A stretch of 64,000 nt of DNA from a bacterium (GCA_021806615.1 JAJZRB010000002.1:54529-118528), one strand, 5' to 3'; shown: positions 36,230-45,647, counted from the stretch's first letter. Notes: a model not told the origin generated them from the letters alone. Numbers and translations: made by a program.

Positions 36230-36922
36230 ATGGAAAACAAAAGAATCTTACTAGTCTTTAAATTTGACGGCATACTGCTAAACACTGTAGAACTGTATGT
36301 CAAAAAGATTTGGAGCATGCTGTCGGCCTGGCAGATAATCCCGTCAGATGTCATCGAGGAAAAAATAGACAATCTTATCATCTTGAATTGGGACAAAAAT
36401 ACTAGATTCCTAGCCAATTTAATATGCCATAAGATCGGCGCGCCAGAATATGCCGCTAAATTGGGCCGAGAGCTCGAAGGGCTGGATTATAGCTTGGCGG
36501 AAGATTACCGTCTTAACCAAGATTTAATGAATATGGTAGGCAAGATGAAGAACGCCGATTTCCAAGTAGCTCTCTACACCCGTCGCGACTTGGCAAACCT
36601 GAAGTATATCGCCCGGCTCGTCGGCTTGAATTTGGAGATTTTCGATTACCTGTTGACTGACGATCACTTGCCGGCTAATAGAAGGGTCATCAATCCCCTT
36701 CTGGAATTAAAAGCAGGCCATCCAGGAGAAATAATCTACTTCGGCAACACTGAAGAAGACGCCAGCTTCTGCGGGCAGAATATCCACTGCATTATAGCGC
36801 CGGAAACGAATCGACGCGATGGAGAAAATGATATTGATGAAGAAGGCAATTTTATCATCGACTACCTCCATAGTTATTTAAATACCAGGAAATTCTCAGT
36901 AAAGAACGAACAGCTCAATTGA
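36230..36922 (+). CDS. HAD-superfamily-like protein with degenerate catalytic motifs
   Basis: Motif I reads LLVFKFDGILLNT (K where the Asp nucleophile is expected). Motif II-like LYT. Motif IV-like YFGNTEEDA (N for D). GAGGA SD. Confidence 0.6.
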   Translation: MENKRILLVFKFDGILLNTVELYVKKIWSMLSAWQIIPSDVIEEKIDNLIILNWDKNTRFLANLICHKIGAPEYAAKLGRELEGLDYSLAEDYRLNQDLMNMVGKMKNADFQVALYTRRDLANLKYIARLVGLNLEIFDYLLTDDHLPANRRVINPLLELKAGHPGEIIYFGNTEEDASFCGQNIHCIIAPETNRRDGENDIDEEGNFIIDYLHSYLNTRKFSVKNEQLN

Positions 36923-36933
36923 GCTTTCCCAGG

Positions 36934-36967
36934 GATCGCCGTTTATAATGAGAACGGCGATTTTTTA
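36934..36967 (+). terminator. Rho-independent terminator after the HAD-like gene
   Basis: Stem atcgccgtt / aacggcgat with loop tataatgag, followed by T6. Overlaps the uvrC stop codon on the opposite strand. Confidence 0.75.
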
Positions 36968-38179
36968 TAGATTAAAATTATTTTTTATCCCAGTCCGTGC
37001 CGGCTTAGCTGTCCTTTTCCGTCCGTAATTAGCGAAGCGGTGAGCCTCTTCCCTGACTTTCAAGAGCGTTCCCTTGATATTATCGGCCAGATCGCGCAGC
37101 GGTTTTTTGGTCTTGGCGGCGAAGACTAATTTATCGCCGCTAAATTTGGATATGCCGACGAGGGGCACTTTAATATTGTTAGACTTAAAGATCCGGGAAA
37201 TGAAACTGACCTGCGGCGAGCCGCCGTCGATCATTATCAGGTCAGGAGCCGCCCATTCCGGATGCCGGAAACGGCGCAAGAGAACCTCGCTTAAAGCTCG
37301 TTCATCATCGCCAGCCGGGGCGTCCTTGACCTTAAATAACCGATATTCGCTCCGGGCCGCTTCTCCATTTTCAAAAACGACCATAGAACCATAGCTTTCC
37401 TTGCCGCTTAAGTGAGAGATATCATAGCCCTCTATCCGATTTACTTTATCTTCCCCCAGATCGCCTTCGCGGCTTAAGAGAGAGACGTCTTGCAGATGCC
37501 TGAGAGCCTTTATCTTGTCAGGATTTTCCTTTTTTAGCCGATTGGTCAAGCGTTTTTTTTCGCCCGATAGGAGGAGAATGATGTTATTGATATTCTTCCG
37601 GTAGTCCTCCCGGCTTATCGCGCCGATGCAGGCGCCCGGACATAGGCCGATTTGGTAATCGAAACAAGCGCGGCCGCTATTCGGCGTACAGGTGCTATAG
37701 GGAAAGACGCGCCGGATAAGGCGCAGAGCCGTCTGTAAGAGATGGAACGACTGGTAGGGGCCGAAGATTTTAGCTTGGGAAGATGGAAATTTCTTAAGAT
37801 CCGTAGCGCGAACGATGATCGGCTTGGCATAAGAAGCTTTCGGAATGACAACATAAATAAAAGAACGGTCATCCCGATCTACGATATTGTATTTCGGCCA
37901 GTATTTCTTGATATTTTTCGCCTCTAGAATGACAGCTTCCAAGAGAGTTTCCGTTTCCTCGTATCTGATATCATAAGCGGCAGCGACCATTTCCGCGATG
38001 CGCGGACTGATATTCTTTTGGAGATACTGGCTTAAGCGATCTTTTAGGCGGCTAGCTCGGCCGACATATAATATCGTTCCTTCCTTGTCTAACCAGAAAT
38101 AAATCCCTGGTTTTTTAGGAATCGTTTTTATTTTATCCTTTAGCCGGAGTTTATTTTTTACTGGCGAATTCATAGCCAT
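36965..38179 (-). CDS. uvrC: Excinuclease ABC subunit C, shortened form (404 aa)
   Basis: GIY-YIG domain (PGIYFWLDKEGTILYVGRASRLKDRLSQY) and the C-terminal endonuclease core (RIEGYDISH...DDERALSEVLLRRF...PDLIMIDGGSPQV). No (HhH)2 tail, and the UVR region is absent or vestigial. Confidence 0.85.
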   Translation of the reverse strand: MAMNSPVKNKLRLKDKIKTIPKKPGIYFWLDKEGTILYVGRASRLKDRLSQYLQKNISPRIAEMVAAAYDIRYEETETLLEAVILEAKNIKKYWPKYNIVDRDDRSFIYVVIPKASYAKPIIVRATDLKKFPSSQAKIFGPYQSFHLLQTALRLIRRVFPYSTCTPNSGRACFDYQIGLCPGACIGAISREDYRKNINNIILLLSGEKKRLTNRLKKENPDKIKALRHLQDVSLLSREGDLGEDKVNRIEGYDISHLSGKESYGSMVVFENGEAARSEYRLFKVKDAPAGDDERALSEVLLRRFRHPEWAAPDLIMIDGGSPQVSFISRIFKSNNIKVPLVGISKFSGDKLVFAAKTKKPLRDLADNIKGTLLKVREEAHRFANYGRKRTAKPARTGIKNNFNL

Positions 38180-38468
38180 ATTTTTTCAAATCGATCCAGC
38201 CGTCAATGATTTTGACGCCCTCTTTTTTCAGCATCGCCTGTTTCTTTCCAGAGCCGCCGCCGTAGCCGCCGACCCGTCCGTCAGACTTGATGATCCGGTG
38301 GCAAGGCACTTGTGGCGCAAAGGGGTTATTATGGAGAGCGTTGCCGACGGCCCGGCTGGCTCGCGGCTTATCCAGAGCCCGCGCTACAGCCCGGTAAGTA
38401 GAGATTCTTCCGCGCGGAATACGGGAAATCAGATCATAGACTTGTTTTTGGAAAACGCTCAGTGGCAT
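38151..38468 (-). CDS. ogt: Methylated-DNA-protein-cysteine methyltransferase (Ogt/MGMT), C-terminal-domain-only form
   Basis: Active-site motif VPCHRII, plus the RAVGNAL helix-turn-helix region. Overlaps the uvrC start by 29 nt. Confidence 0.85.
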   Translation of the reverse strand: MPLSVFQKQVYDLISRIPRGRISTYRAVARALDKPRASRAVGNALHNNPFAPQVPCHRIIKSDGRVGGYGGGSGKKQAMLKKEGVKIIDGWIDLKKYGYEFASKK

Positions 38469-38489
38469 AAAGATAATTCAATGAATACA

Positions 38490-39380
38490 TCAGCTGCTCA
38501 AGCCGAGAAGCAGGCTGCAGCCGATAGTGATAATGGCTCCCAGGTATTGCCAGCCGCGGATCTTTTCTTTATTGAAGATAAGCCCGAGGAGCATGGCGAT
38601 CACGATATAAGATTCGGTAATGGAAGCGATTATAGCCAGTTCTCCAGCCTGGGCGATGGAAAAGGAAAACAAGAGCCAGGCTGAGATGTCCACGATAGCC
38701 ATAATCAGGATAAGCCGCCAATAGCGCCGACCGTCGCTCATTACTTGCGGGAAACGGCCTTCGGCCAATAAGTAAGAGAAGCAGATGATACCGCCCAGAG
38801 TCCAGGGGAACCAGATCGCTAACAGCGGGTCGATATTGGCGGAACCGACAGCTGTTAAGAAATTAGTGAAGGCCAATAAGATCGCCGTCAATACGGCGAG
38901 CCAGGTTCCTTTTTCCAGCAGAATTTTGGTTTTTTCCCAGAAGAACCAAAATTGCCGCCGCCGCATTTTATCAAAATCAAGAGAAATCAAAACTACGCCG
39001 GCGAATAATAGGGTGATAACTAAAATCTGGTACAAAGATAAAGAATTTTTAAGAAAGATGATGCCTAAGATAACCGTCAGAGGAAGCTCAAAGAATAGGA
39101 TTATTTCTACTACTGATAATTTTCCGATTTTCAAAGCCTTAAAGTGGGCGATCGCTCCGCCCAGGACGACTAGGCCCAGAATGGCGAAGAGGAGAATCTG
39201 AGAACCATTTAGAGATAAAAATGATTTATAAACCAGGGGCGATAAGAAGATGAAACTGCCCAAGTATATCCACCATAAGGTTTCCAGCCAGCCGATTCTC
39301 TTGATGGTCCTTTGAATAAGAAAATCACCGACACCCCAGCCGACCATCGCTCCAAAAGCGAGAATAATTGCCAGACTCAT
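38490..39380 (-). CDS. EamA/DMT superfamily transporter
   Basis: About 10 TM helices arranged as two EamA-like halves. Confidence 0.8.
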   Translation of the reverse strand: MSLAIILAFGAMVGWGVGDFLIQRTIKRIGWLETLWWIYLGSFIFLSPLVYKSFLSLNGSQILLFAILGLVVLGGAIAHFKALKIGKLSVVEIILFFELPLTVILGIIFLKNSLSLYQILVITLLFAGVVLISLDFDKMRRRQFWFFWEKTKILLEKGTWLAVLTAILLAFTNFLTAVGSANIDPLLAIWFPWTLGGIICFSYLLAEGRFPQVMSDGRRYWRLILIMAIVDISAWLLFSFSIAQAGELAIIASITESYIVIAMLLGLIFNKEKIRGWQYLGAIITIGCSLLLGLSS

Positions 39381-39383
39381 AAA

Positions 39384-41891
39384 TTATTTTAGATATTCTT
39401 TTAAGTATTTCCCGGTCACGCTCTTAGTCTCGCGCGCTATATCTTCTGGCGCGCCAGCGGCGACTAAGCGGCCGCCTTCTTCCCCGCCGTCCGGGCCGAG
39501 ATCGAGGATATAATCCATCGCCTTAAGCATATGCATATTATGTTCAATGACCAGGACCGAATTCCCTTTCTCCACGAGTTTATTGAGAACTGAAAGCAGC
39601 ATATCTATATCATAGTAATGCAGGCCGGTCGTGGGCTCGTCTAATAGGTATAAAGTCCTCTTGCCGAGAGTATGGGTCAATTCCTTGGCGATCTTGATGC
39701 GTTGCGCCTCTCCGCCGGATAAGGTCGTCGCGCTTTGTCCGATTTTAATATAGCCTAATCCGACCGCCTGCAATACGGCCAATTTATCGGTGATGAAGTA
39801 ATTGCCGGAAAAATGTTCGATCGCCTCGTCAATGGTCAGATCCAAGATTTCCGCGATATTTTTCCCCTTATATTTTACCTGAAGAGTTTCTCGGTTAAAG
39901 CGCCGGCCTCTGCAGACCTCGCATTCCACCAAGACCGGAGGCAGGAAATGCATTTCTATCAAGTTAGCGCCAGCGCCGCTGCAGGCTTCGCAGCGTCCGC
40001 CCGGGCGGTTAAAGGAAAAACGCCCGATATTGTAGCCCCTCTCTCGCGACTCCGGCAAAGAGGCGAAAAAATCCCTGATCGGCGTAAAGATCCCGGTATA
40101 AGTCGCGGGATTAGAGCGCGGCGTCCGGCCGATGGGAGATTGATCAATGACGATTATCCGATTGATATATTCCGCTCCTTTTATTTCCGCGACATGCTCC
40201 AGCTTCGGGCGCCCCGGACGGCTCTTTATCTGTAGGAGATTTTTGTACAGTACGTCGTATAAGAGAGATGATTTGCCGCTGCCGGAAACGCCGCTGATAC
40301 CGACCAGGCGGCCTAGCGGTATATCGGCGTTCAAATTTTTGAGATTGTTGGCATGAGCGCCGCGGATCCTCAAAAATCCGTGGTTCTGTTCGCGTCTTTT
40401 AGCCGGCAGGAGGATTTCCTTATCGCCACTCAGGTATTGCAGGGTCAGGGATTTTTTTCTGGACGCTTTATTCTTTTTCTCATCCAGGAGATCTTTGGTC
40501 TCGCCGCTAGCCATGACTTCTCCGCCATGGACGCCAGCCAGCGGGCCGAGATCCACGAGATAATCCGATTCCAAGATAGTCCGTTCGTCATGCTCGACGA
40601 TAATGACCGTATTGTTTTTATCGCGCAGCGCTTTCAAGGTATCTATTAGGCGCTTGGTGTCTCGTTCATGCAGGCCGATGGTCGGTTCGTCCAGCACGTA
40701 TAGGGTGCGGGAGAGATGCGAGCCTATCTGCGAAGATAGGCGGATACGTTGCGCTTCGCCGCCGGACAGGGTCTCCGCTTCTCTTTCCAGGGAAATATAG
40801 TGTAAGCCGACTTTTAAGAGGAATTCCAAGCGGCTGATAATCTGGATAACTACGTTTTCCGCAATCGCTCTTTCTCTCTTCGTCATTTTTTCATAATAAT
40901 GGTTGAAGAAATCCAGCGCTTTATTTATTGGAAGCTGGGTTATTTCCGCGATGTTCTTATTGTTGATCCGGGCCGCGAGAGCCTCCGGGCGGAGACGGCG
41001 GCCACTGCAAGCCGGGCATTTTTCCGCCGAGAAGAAATCAGTCCGCCCTAATCCGCTGCATTCCGGGCAGGCACCATGCGGCGAATTGAAGGAAAATAGA
41101 CGTGGCTCTACTTCCGGGAAAGAAAAATTATCATTCGGGCAGGTCCAATTGGATGACAAGAGGAATTCCTGGTTTTTATATTGGGCGATAACCAGCCCTT
41201 TGCTGTATTCTAAGGAATTTTCTATAGCCTCAAAAAGTCGGGTTTGATCGTCAAGGAGAATTTCGTCTATGATAATATCGATATCGTGTTTTTGCTTGGG
41301 AGCAAGCTTTATAGGTTCTCGTAAAGAATGGATCTTTCCATCCAAGCGGGCTTTACTATAGCCTAGTCCCAGATAATTATATAAAAGCTGATAATATTCG
41401 CCTTTACGATCGCGGACTACGGGCGCCAAGATGATGACGCTCTCTTCTTTAAAATCACGGCCGCGGGAAATGACGATGTCTACCATCTCTTCCACGCTGA
41501 GCTTTTCAATCTTAGTGCCGCAAAGCGGGCAGAAAATATCTCCGACCCTGGCGTAAAGGACGCGGAGATAATCATAAATATCGGTCAATGTCCCGACGGT
41601 AGAGCGCGGGTTGTGCGATAAAGCTTTCTGATCGATGGAAATGGAAGGCGCGAGTCCGATAATCTCATCTACATCGGCCGGTTTTTTTTGCCCTAAGAAT
41701 TGGCGCATATAAGGCGAAAGGGACTCAACATATTGGCGCTGTCCTTCCGCAAAAATAGTATCAAAAGCAAGAGATGATTTGCCGCTGCCGGAAACGCCCG
41801 TCACGACCGTCAGCTTATTATGCGGTATTTCTAAATTTATATTTTTTAAATTGTGCATCCGCGCGCCGCGGATGATCAGTCGTTCGGGCAT
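39384..41891 (-). CDS. uvrA: Excinuclease ABC subunit A (835 aa, lacks the insertion domain)
   Basis: Two ABC modules ([50 protein letters not shown]) and zinc modules. [23 protein letters not shown] joins the two Cys pairs directly. Confidence 0.95.
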   Translation of the reverse strand: MPERLIIRGARMHNLKNINLEIPHNKLTVVTGVSGSGKSSLAFDTIFAEGQRQYVESLSPYMRQFLGQKKPADVDEIIGLAPSISIDQKALSHNPRSTVGTLTDIYDYLRVLYARVGDIFCPLCGTKIEKLSVEEMVDIVISRGRDFKEESVIILAPVVRDRKGEYYQLLYNYLGLGYSKARLDGKIHSLREPIKLAPKQKHDIDIIIDEILLDDQTRLFEAIENSLEYSKGLVIAQYKNQEFLLSSNWTCPNDNFSFPEVEPRLFSFNSPHGACPECSGLGRTDFFSAEKCPACSGRRLRPEALAARINNKNIAEITQLPINKALDFFNHYYEKMTKRERAIAENVVIQIISRLEFLLKVGLHYISLEREAETLSGGEAQRIRLSSQIGSHLSRTLYVLDEPTIGLHERDTKRLIDTLKALRDKNNTVIIVEHDERTILESDYLVDLGPLAGVHGGEVMASGETKDLLDEKKNKASRKKSLTLQYLSGDKEILLPAKRREQNHGFLRIRGAHANNLKNLNADIPLGRLVGISGVSGSGKSSLLYDVLYKNLLQIKSRPGRPKLEHVAEIKGAEYINRIIVIDQSPIGRTPRSNPATYTGIFTPIRDFFASLPESRERGYNIGRFSFNRPGGRCEACSGAGANLIEMHFLPPVLVECEVCRGRRFNRETLQVKYKGKNIAEILDLTIDEAIEHFSGNYFITDKLAVLQAVGLGYIKIGQSATTLSGGEAQRIKIAKELTHTLGKRTLYLLDEPTTGLHYYDIDMLLSVLNKLVEKGNSVLVIEHNMHMLKAMDYILDLGPDGGEEGGRLVAAGAPEDIARETKSVTGKYLKEYLK

Positions 41892-41894
41892 AGT

Positions 41895-42476
41895 TTAGGC
41901 TGATAAAAAAGGATTAGGCTCGGAGAAGGTAACGCGCGGAATATGATTATTTATATAATCTTCATCCAGGCCGTATTTATTATGGTAAAGGGTAGTAATG
42001 CCGCAGAATAAGGCTTGATTGTAATCAAAACCTAATTGAGCGCTGGCTTTTTTTACGGATTCTTCTGATTTTCCCTCTACTTCCACATATGGCTCAAGAT
42101 AAGGCCATTCGTCTACCGTAATCTCCGCTTCATCAAGCAGCCATAATTCTCGGCGGCTTTCCTGATAGGCCTTTTTCTGGCCGCCGATAGCGTCTAAAAA
42201 ATCAACCGCCTCGGAAAAATTGTCTACTTGCAGGCAGATTTCCGTCTGGTTCTCGATCTTATCGCCATTTATTATCTTCAGGCTCATCGTGATCTTATCC
42301 TGCTCGTCACGGACTCTCAGCCAGCCGCCAGGGATCTCATGGCCGCTGGGCAAGTTGAAGACGACACGTTTTTGCAAGAATTCCGGCTTGGCTAGAGTCG
42401 CTCCGGCCTTTTCCAGGCGCGCGCGGACTTCGTCCTTATTGATATTAGCGAAAGTTGCTTCGTATTCGATAGCCAT
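41895..42476 (-). CDS. CYTH-domain protein (CyaB-type class IV adenylyl cyclase / triphosphate tunnel metalloenzyme)
   Basis: N-terminal EYEATF (ExExK-like), LRVRDE, ITMSLK, and the [14 protein letters not shown] pattern typical of the CYTH beta-tunnel. Confidence 0.8.
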   Translation of the reverse strand: MAIEYEATFANINKDEVRARLEKAGATLAKPEFLQKRVVFNLPSGHEIPGGWLRVRDEQDKITMSLKIINGDKIENQTEICLQVDNFSEAVDFLDAIGGQKKAYQESRRELWLLDEAEITVDEWPYLEPYVEVEGKSEESVKKASAQLGFDYNQALFCGITTLYHNKYGLDEDYINNHIPRVTFSEPNPFLSA

Positions 42477-42518
42477 ATTTTTCTGTTTTTATTTATCAGA
42501 TTATTTCAAATTTCATGA

Positions 42519-44354
42519 TTATTTTTCGGCGGCATCCAAGAATTCCTCGATTTTCTTGGTGATGTTAACCGGCGTAATGCGGTTCTTCTTGTTATATGCG
42601 ACTTGTTTCTTGCGCCGCCGATCGGCTTCGCGCATCGCCCGGCGCATCCCGCCGGTGATCTTATCGGCGTATAGGATGATCTTCCCCTTGACGTTACGGG
42701 CTGCGCGGCCCATGGTTTGCATCAAAGAAGTCTCGCTGCGCAAGAAACCCTCGCGGTCGGCATCCAGGATAGCCACTAAAGTAACTTCCGGCAGGTCTAG
42801 GCCTTCGCGCAATAGATTGACCCCGATTAGTACATCGAATTCTCCTAAACGGAAATTTTTCAGGATTTCCGTCCGTTCGAAGGTTTTGATGTCGGAATGG
42901 AGATAGTTAGAACGGAAACCTTTGGCGTTAAGATAGGCATTGAGGTCCTCTGCCTGTTTTTTGGTCAGAGTATTGATTATCGCCCGCTCGCCTAAGGCGG
43001 CCGTTTTCTTAACTTCCGCCATGACATCGTTTATCTGGCTGTAATTCTTAATCTTATCAAAAACCGGCCGGATTTCAATAAGGGGGTCTATCAAGCCGGT
43101 CGGACGGATTACTTGTTCGACAATCTGTTCGGAATGATTATTCTCAAATTCTCCCGGCGTCGCTGTCGTAAAAATTATCGGTCCGATCCGTTTTTCAAAT
43201 TCATTGAATTTCAGAGGACGATTATCCAGGGCGGATGGCAAGCGCCAGCCATATTGGACTAAGGTTTTTTTCCTGGCCTGGTCGCCGTTATACATGCCCC
43301 TTATCTGTGGCAAGGAAATATGCGACTCATCGATAATCGTCAGGAAATCCGGCGCGCCATCTTTCCAAGGGAAATAAGCTAACAAGGAATCAGGCGCTTC
43401 CCCGGCCAATTTTCCCGTTAAATGACGCGAATAATTTTCAATGCCATGGCAATAACCTAGTGTCCGCAGCATCTCCATATCATATCTCGTCCGTCTTTCG
43501 AGGCGTTCTGCTTCCAGCAATAAGCCTTCTTTCTTAAAATAAGCCAAGCGTTCCTTCAGCTCCTCTTGGATATTCTTGATGGCGGACGTTATTTGCGGCT
43601 GGGTAGACACAAAATGTTTCGGTGGGAAGACGACCATTTCTTCTAAGCGATCAATGATATTCTTGGTCGTATTGTCAATTACCGATAGTTCAGAGATCTT
43701 CTGCTCCCTCAGCTCTAATCGATAGATGATATTTTCCGACATGGGCCTGATTTCAAAAACGTCGCCACGCACCCTGAATCCGCCGCGATTGATCTCTCCG
43801 TTAGTCCTGACGAATTGGATCCTTATCAGCTGTTTAATCAGATCCGCGCGGACCATAGGCTTCCCTTTCTCCAGGACCAGGCGGGATTCCAAATAAGTGA
43901 TCGGCACCCCGAGATTATAGATGCAGGAAACAGAAGCGACGATGATTACGTCGCGGCGGGAAACTAAAGCCGAAGTAGCGCCATGGCGCAAGCGGTCGAT
44001 TTCCTGGTTGATCATCGCCTCTTTGTCAATATAGGTATCCGTTATCGGCAAGTAAGCCTCCGGTTGGTAATAATCGTAATAGGAAACGAAATAATGGACC
44101 GCGTTGTCGGGAAAGAAATTCTTATATTCGCGGTATAGCTGGGCGGCCAGAGCTTTATTGGGGGCGATGACGAGAACCGGCTTATCCAGCTCCTTGATGA
44201 TGTTGGCGACGGTAAAAGTTTTACCTGATCCGGTTACGCCTAAAAGAGTTTGGTAGCGGAAGCCGGCATCTAGGCCATGGAGCAGTTTCTTAATCGCGGC
44301 CGGCTGATCGCCGGCTGGCTGGAAATTAGCTTGTAATCTGAATATCTTAGACAT
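42519..44354 (-). CDS. uvrB: Excinuclease ABC subunit B (611 aa, no C-terminal UVR domain)
   Basis: GVTGSGKTFT, DESH, GRAARN helicase motifs. The protein ends about 12 aa after the ITP..I.KKI segment. Confidence 0.95.
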   Translation of the reverse strand: MSKIFRLQANFQPAGDQPAAIKKLLHGLDAGFRYQTLLGVTGSGKTFTVANIIKELDKPVLVIAPNKALAAQLYREYKNFFPDNAVHYFVSYYDYYQPEAYLPITDTYIDKEAMINQEIDRLRHGATSALVSRRDVIIVASVSCIYNLGVPITYLESRLVLEKGKPMVRADLIKQLIRIQFVRTNGEINRGGFRVRGDVFEIRPMSENIIYRLELREQKISELSVIDNTTKNIIDRLEEMVVFPPKHFVSTQPQITSAIKNIQEELKERLAYFKKEGLLLEAERLERRTRYDMEMLRTLGYCHGIENYSRHLTGKLAGEAPDSLLAYFPWKDGAPDFLTIIDESHISLPQIRGMYNGDQARKKTLVQYGWRLPSALDNRPLKFNEFEKRIGPIIFTTATPGEFENNHSEQIVEQVIRPTGLIDPLIEIRPVFDKIKNYSQINDVMAEVKKTAALGERAIINTLTKKQAEDLNAYLNAKGFRSNYLHSDIKTFERTEILKNFRLGEFDVLIGVNLLREGLDLPEVTLVAILDADREGFLRSETSLMQTMGRAARNVKGKIILYADKITGGMRRAMREADRRRKKQVAYNKKNRITPVNITKKIEEFLDAAEK

Positions 44355-44359
44355 TTTAA

Positions 44360-45577
44360 TCAGCTTAATTCTAATTTCTGTTCCACTAATCTCAGGTCGT
44401 CTTCGCTGAGCCCGGCTCCTTCGCCTTTATTCCGGCGGCAGTCTATGATCAAGATAAGATAGGCGGCTAATCCGAAAATTCCTGCGGCTAGAAAAGGAAG
44501 ATTTGTTTTTAATCCGAATAGATAGCCAGCCATGATCGGGCCGGAAATCAAGCCTAATGACATGACTGAATTCAGGACACCGAGAATCATGCCTCTGTCG
44601 TCGCCAGCGCCTCGTCTGGTCATCTCGCTGGTAATGACCGCCCTTAAGACCGACTGCGCTATAGCGACGAAGGCCAGACCGAAGGAAAAAATCAAGAAAT
44701 AAGTTATGCCCATAAGGAAAAAGCCGGCGGCTAATAGGAGCGTCAGCCAGACGATCAAGAATCTCTCTTTAAAGTATCTGAGCCAGATTTTCTTCAAAGC
44801 GAAACCTTGATTAATGATTAAAATAAGCCCCATCGCCGTCATGACTAGGCCGACCATGAGAGAATTAAAATCAAATTCAGCATTCAGATAAAGGGCCATG
44901 ATGGATTGCTGGCTGGCTATAGCTACGCTGAATAAGAACCAGGCGATAAAGCCGAGGCGCAGGCTTTTATTATTCAAAGCGCCGAGCAAGGGCTTGAAGG
45001 GGTTGATCTCTATCTTTTTATCCAATCTTCTATTCTGATTAGTCTCCGGAATATTCATTAGAGCGAGGACGAAGTTTATAGAAGCTAAGCCGCCGACAAA
45101 CCAGAAAGGAAAATCTAAAGCCCAGGCGCTGAGCAGGCCGCCGAGAGCCGGTCCGATGATCAAGCCGACGCCGAAGACAGCCCCGATGAGCCCTAAGTTG
45201 GAGGTTCTTTCTTTATCGTCCTTGGCAATGTCTAAAAGATAGCTTTGAGCGATAGGAAAATTTCCGGCCGCCGCGCCGTCGATTATCCGTCCTAAGAATA
45301 GGAAGAATAAATTACCGGCCGCCGCGAATACCAGCCAGCCCAAGGCTGTGCTGAAAATACTGATTATCAGTACCGGCCGCCGTCCGATTTTGTCCGACCA
45401 AGCGCCCAGGAGCGGCGCGCTGAAGAAAGAAAAGAATGAATAAGTCGCAAATAGCAGGGTGACGACAAAAGCCGAGGCGCCGAAAGATTCCACATAAAAA
45501 GGCAGGATGGGCAAGATGATACCCATGCCCAAAACATCTATGAAAACCGTCAGTAAAATGATGAATTTTTTATTCAT
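44360..45577 (-). CDS. MFS transporter (drug:H+ antiporter / Tet-like)
   Basis: 12 TM helices. MFS motif A GAWSDKIGRRPVL. Only 5 nt upstream of uvrB. Confidence 0.9.
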   Translation of the reverse strand: MNKKFIILLTVFIDVLGMGIILPILPFYVESFGASAFVVTLLFATYSFFSFFSAPLLGAWSDKIGRRPVLIISIFSTALGWLVFAAAGNLFFLFLGRIIDGAAAGNFPIAQSYLLDIAKDDKERTSNLGLIGAVFGVGLIIGPALGGLLSAWALDFPFWFVGGLASINFVLALMNIPETNQNRRLDKKIEINPFKPLLGALNNKSLRLGFIAWFLFSVAIASQQSIMALYLNAEFDFNSLMVGLVMTAMGLILIINQGFALKKIWLRYFKERFLIVWLTLLLAAGFFLMGITYFLIFSFGLAFVAIAQSVLRAVITSEMTRRGAGDDRGMILGVLNSVMSLGLISGPIMAGYLFGLKTNLPFLAAGIFGLAAYLILIIDCRRNKGEGAGLSEDDLRLVEQKLELS

Positions 45578-45597
45578 TGGCAGGTAAAAATAGCTAG

Positions 45598-45621
45598 ATT
45601 ATGATTATATATTATCATAAT
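45598..45621. promoter_or_regulatory. Inverted repeat ATTATGAT-N8-ATCATAAT overlapping the likely -10 region of the MFS-uvr operon
   Basis: Perfect 8-bp arms 21 nt upstream of the MFS start codon. A TATAAT on the minus strand lies inside it. The AT-rich context makes a chance occurrence plausible. Confidence 0.3.
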
Positions 45622-45647
45622 ACGCCTGGCTTAAAAAGAAAAATAGA

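Noticed and set aside
42220-42906. 228-aa plus-strand ORF overlapping the CYTH gene and the 3' end of uvrB
   Set aside because: It lies entirely antisense to two genes with unmistakable conserved motifs. The translation is Arg/Ser/Phe-rich low-complexity sequence with no SD or motif. It is typical of a spurious mirror-frame ORF.
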